From: Escherichia coli
GTDB taxonomy: Bacteria; Pseudomonadota; Gammaproteobacteria; Enterobacterales; Enterobacteriaceae
Direction: 5' to 3' (one strand)
NCBI RefSeq assembly: GCF_003991155.1
Contig: NZ_CP031294.1
DNA: 64,000 nucleotides
The position numbers and the translations under genes are program-made. A model generated the notes under the pieces. The model was given only the letters and a program-made list of their open reading frames with translations. It was not told the origin of the DNA and did not search any database. This document shows positions 61,883 to 64,000 of this stretch, in pieces. Numbering within the stretch: position 1 is the stretch's first letter; each line of letters starts with the position of its first letter.

Positions 61883-61901
61883 ATAGTTTGTACTTATCTA
61901 T
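61883..61901 (-). promoter_or_regulatory. L-type motif (degenerate)
   Basis: The gene strand reads ATAGATAAGTACAAACTAT. Confidence 0.3.
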
Positions 61902-62131
61902 CATTTCGATTGATTATTTTTTCGACCATGTAGTTGAACATTCAAGGCAAACACCTCGTTGATCAACTCACCTAAAAGCTGTTCAACAAGTTCGCGATGC
62001 TCCCCAAGATGCAAGCACTTAATTGCCCATTCGTACAAGTTGAAAGCCTGCTCACGATCTTTCATCATTTCACGAGCCTGGGCCAGAAAATCGCTCTCTA
62101 CGAGCGCAACGACATTAGTCGGATATGACAT
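61901..62131 (-). CDS. hypothetical small protein (76 aa)
   Basis: Trimmed to ATG 62131 (AAGGAAACC upstream): MSYPTNVVALVESDFLAQ... Confidence 0.5.
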   Translation of the reverse strand: MSYPTNVVALVESDFLAQAREMMKDREQAFNLYEWAIKCLHLGEHRELVEQLLGELINEVFALNVQLHGRKNNQSK

Positions 62132-62238
62132 GTTGGTTTCCTTAAAGTGGTTCATAAAATCGATTTTAAAGCGTCTGGGAAGGGGTTCTAGTGGATTCTG
62201 TAGTGGTGTTCAGGTCTGGGAGTCTCTGATATAAAACA

Positions 62239-62295
62239 GCCTGCTTCCGTATATTAATAATTAATATGTAGTTATTTATATATACAGAAGCAGGC
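62239..62295. repeat. 57-bp inverted-repeat element, copy 2
   Basis: Arms GCCTGCTTCCGTATAT / ATATACAGAAGCAGGC (15/16 complementary) around an AT-rich spacer. Same context as copy 1 (gene stop, then element, then next gene). Confidence 0.8.
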
Positions 62296-62317
62296 TAATT
62301 ACAGACGCCAGAACAAA

Positions 62318-62911
62318 CTAAGCAGCCTTCTTTGATGGTCTTTTTTTCCTGATCACATTCGCAGGATCATACCCTCCCAGACTTTTCATGACGTCCAAAG
62401 GGATCTTGCTTATAGAGTGCCCAGCGTCCTGACAGAATCCTCGAAAAACAACGAGCATACTGCCACCGGGGTTGATGTTTACTTCTACCTGACCCAAATT
62501 GACGTCAGGCTCGACAAACGCTACGCGGCCACCAGACAGAATAATCGTCTCATTCGCACACTCTGTTGCACGCTCATACCACTTTGTATCGAGGGATTGA
62601 GGAATTAGCATCACTGTTGTAACTCCGCGAGCCTGCTCACGTATAGCCGCATCAATCCAGGGGGAGATTTTGGAGTAGGGTGGATTGAGGAAGGCAATTG
62701 TACCTGGCTGTCCCCATTCAGATTTCAAAGCATCACGCTCAACGCCTATGAAATTAGGCAGCTTCGCATTGTCCTTGTTGCAGGCAACGTCAACATCAAA
62801 TGTCACTCCAAGATAACGTTGAATGGCAGAAAACAGCCAGTCAGGTGTTCTCCAGAGGTCACGAAGAGAGTTGTCGCGCTTTCGCTGTTTGATTTTTTCG
62901 GCTGCAATCAT
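62318..62911 (-). CDS. phage-type DNA N6-adenine methyltransferase
   Basis: 197 aa. WRTPDWLF...FDVDVA...AFLNPPYS layout of the phage Dam family. Confidence 0.8.
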   Translation of the reverse strand: MIAAEKIKQRKRDNSLRDLWRTPDWLFSAIQRYLGVTFDVDVACNKDNAKLPNFIGVERDALKSEWGQPGTIAFLNPPYSKISPWIDAAIREQARGVTTVMLIPQSLDTKWYERATECANETIILSGGRVAFVEPDVNLGQVEVNINPGGSMLVVFRGFCQDAGHSISKIPLDVMKSLGGYDPANVIRKKRPSKKAA

Positions 62912-62922
62912 CTTCTTTCTCG

Positions 62923-62942
62923 ATAGGTAAGTGATTACCTAT
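62923..62942. promoter_or_regulatory. L-type dyad motif, perfect 8-bp arms
   Basis: ATAGGTAA-gtga-TTACCTAT, 12 nt upstream of the methylase ATG. Confidence 0.5.
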
Positions 62943-62975
62943 TTTTGCATTTGATTTTATGTCTGACAATCAAAT

Positions 62976-63020
62976 AAAACGCGCCAGAAATGCAAACGAG
63001 AAGCTCTCTGGCGCGTTTTT
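62976..63020. terminator. bidirectional rho-independent terminator
   Basis: AAAACGCGCCAGA-n18-TCTGGCGCGTTTT with T-runs on both strands. Confidence 0.7.
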
Positions 63021-63094
63021 GTGGTGCTGGATATGTGATTGGCTTACCCAGCACTATAAAGCTCTCTATGGGCTTTATTTTCAGTAGGGGGACG

Positions 63095-63904
63095 TCATCC
63101 AATAGTGTACTCCGCTACAAACTTCTTAACGATCGGTGATTCTTCGTTCAATGTTAGATTTCCACCGTCTCTAACGGCAATTCCTGTCGCTGGAAATACA
63201 GCCATCATTTGCCCAGCCTGAGTTGACGCAGTGTTAAGCGGATACGGTTTTTCTGGATTGCTCATTAAAGCAATCTTAATACTATTACTTGTAGCCTTCT
63301 TTTCTGTGAGAAGGTGTCTCATGGAAATTACCGTGTAAACACTAATATCTGGACCTCCGCTAAACCAATTAAGAAGGTTTAATATCTTATCCTTTGCTTT
63401 GACAGGCGCGTTTTCGTAAGCGTCTAAGAAAATATCTGTTTCTAAGCCTGCTTTATTGAAAAACGAATCATCTTTATCACTTAAAGTAAAACGAGGACCT
63501 CTTGCAGTACGCGCTTTTTTATTTGTGTTGCTATCATTTGACTGTTGAACTTTTAATTCATCATTAACATCAACACACTCTTCAACCTCAATCAATCCCA
63601 ATTGTTCTGGCTCGTTTTCGGCAGATTCAACACTTTCAGCGTTAATTACGTTTATAGGCTCATGCGCTAACTCCAACTCATTTAAAGCAGAGCTGAAATC
63701 ACCTGCTTTTTCTTCATTGAACAGTTCTTCGGCAACATCATCAGAACTCATGGCTACGCCAGCATCGAGGCCGAGCAGCAGATCGTCAATATCATCAGTA
63801 TTTTCAACCTGTGCGGCTTTTTTTACTGGCTCATCAAGTGATTGCAACATGGCTGTCAGCTCGTCCAGATCATCATTTGCCATTACATTTTCAACCGAAC
63901 TCAT
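63095..63904 (-). CDS. hypothetical acidic protein (269 aa)
   Basis: Long ORF. The N-terminal half is extremely acidic (D/E-rich) and the C-terminal half is globular. No motif recognised. Confidence 0.55.
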   Translation of the reverse strand: MSSVENVMANDDLDELTAMLQSLDEPVKKAAQVENTDDIDDLLLGLDAGVAMSSDDVAEELFNEEKAGDFSSALNELELAHEPINVINAESVESAENEPEQLGLIEVEECVDVNDELKVQQSNDSNTNKKARTARGPRFTLSDKDDSFFNKAGLETDIFLDAYENAPVKAKDKILNLLNWFSGGPDISVYTVISMRHLLTEKKATSNSIKIALMSNPEKPYPLNTASTQAGQMMAVFPATGIAVRDGGNLTLNEESPIVKKFVAEYTIG

Positions 63905-64000
63905 GTAAGTCTCCTTCTGCTTGGTTACATTTGCGTTTCGATAGCTACATTTTGACTAAACCTATCAGGCGGAAAAGTATTAAATACAGGCAGGAAATGA

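Noticed and set aside
61400-61900. tRNA, tmRNA or RNase P RNA, or a retron msr-msd, in the structured non-coding region
   Set aside because: No T-arm (GTTCRANYC with a complementary stem), acceptor or CCA features were found. There is no resemblance to E. coli ssrA or rnpB as I recall them, and no reverse transcriptase gene nearby.

Overview
Mosaic mobile-element window from an Enterobacteriaceae host. All similarity statements come from reading the sequence and recalling reference proteins; no searches were run.

Positions 1-46.3 kb and 56.9-64 kb read as one siphovirus-type genome with plasmid-prophage hallmarks, almost entirely on the minus strand:
- A ParA/RHH partition pair and a lysis cassette.
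- A lambda-Stf-like tail fibre and a complete lambda-like tail module (J, I, K, L, M, tape measure, G/GT frameshift, tube protein with an Ig domain).
- Head-tail connectors, capsid, scaffold, portal, TerL and TerS.
- A tightly coupled 5-gene operon of unknown role at 32.0-35.2 kb: two ParB/Srx-like proteins, a soluble ABC ATPase, a GNAT-fusion protein and a small wHTH. It is divergent from an SF2 helicase.
- Plus-strand accessory cassettes at 36.8-39.9 kb.
- A roughly 6-kb region at 39.9-46.3 kb rich in repeats, iterons and hairpins, holding mostly monocistronic small genes and a 1.5-kb non-coding tract.
- Beyond 56.9 kb: an AT-rich paralogue pair, a TerB-like protein, small membrane proteins, RNase HI, a structured non-coding region and a phage Dam-type methylase.

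Two dispersed motifs occur on both sides of a 10.6-kb block at 46.3-56.9 kb. One is a promoter-plus-leader module with the palindrome AAACAA-N-TTGTTT. The other is a TAAGTA/TACTTA dyad. The block carries the housekeeping genes metG and mrp/apbC, a P1-like hot-humD module with a perfect LexA box, and an EcoR124-family type IC R-M system. Its HsdS has three TAEL repeats and divergent AT-rich TRDs. The left edge holds an AT-rich KAP-like P-loop NTPase that the ORF track misses.

No rRNA, tRNA, CRISPR array, integrase or transposase was found. The best candidates for an undescribed system are:
- the ParB-ParB-ABC-GNAT-wHTH operon;
- the roughly 850-nt A/C-rich non-coding transcription unit with flanking iteron arrays;
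- the structured RNA candidate next to RNase HI;
- the array of uniformly controlled small genes.
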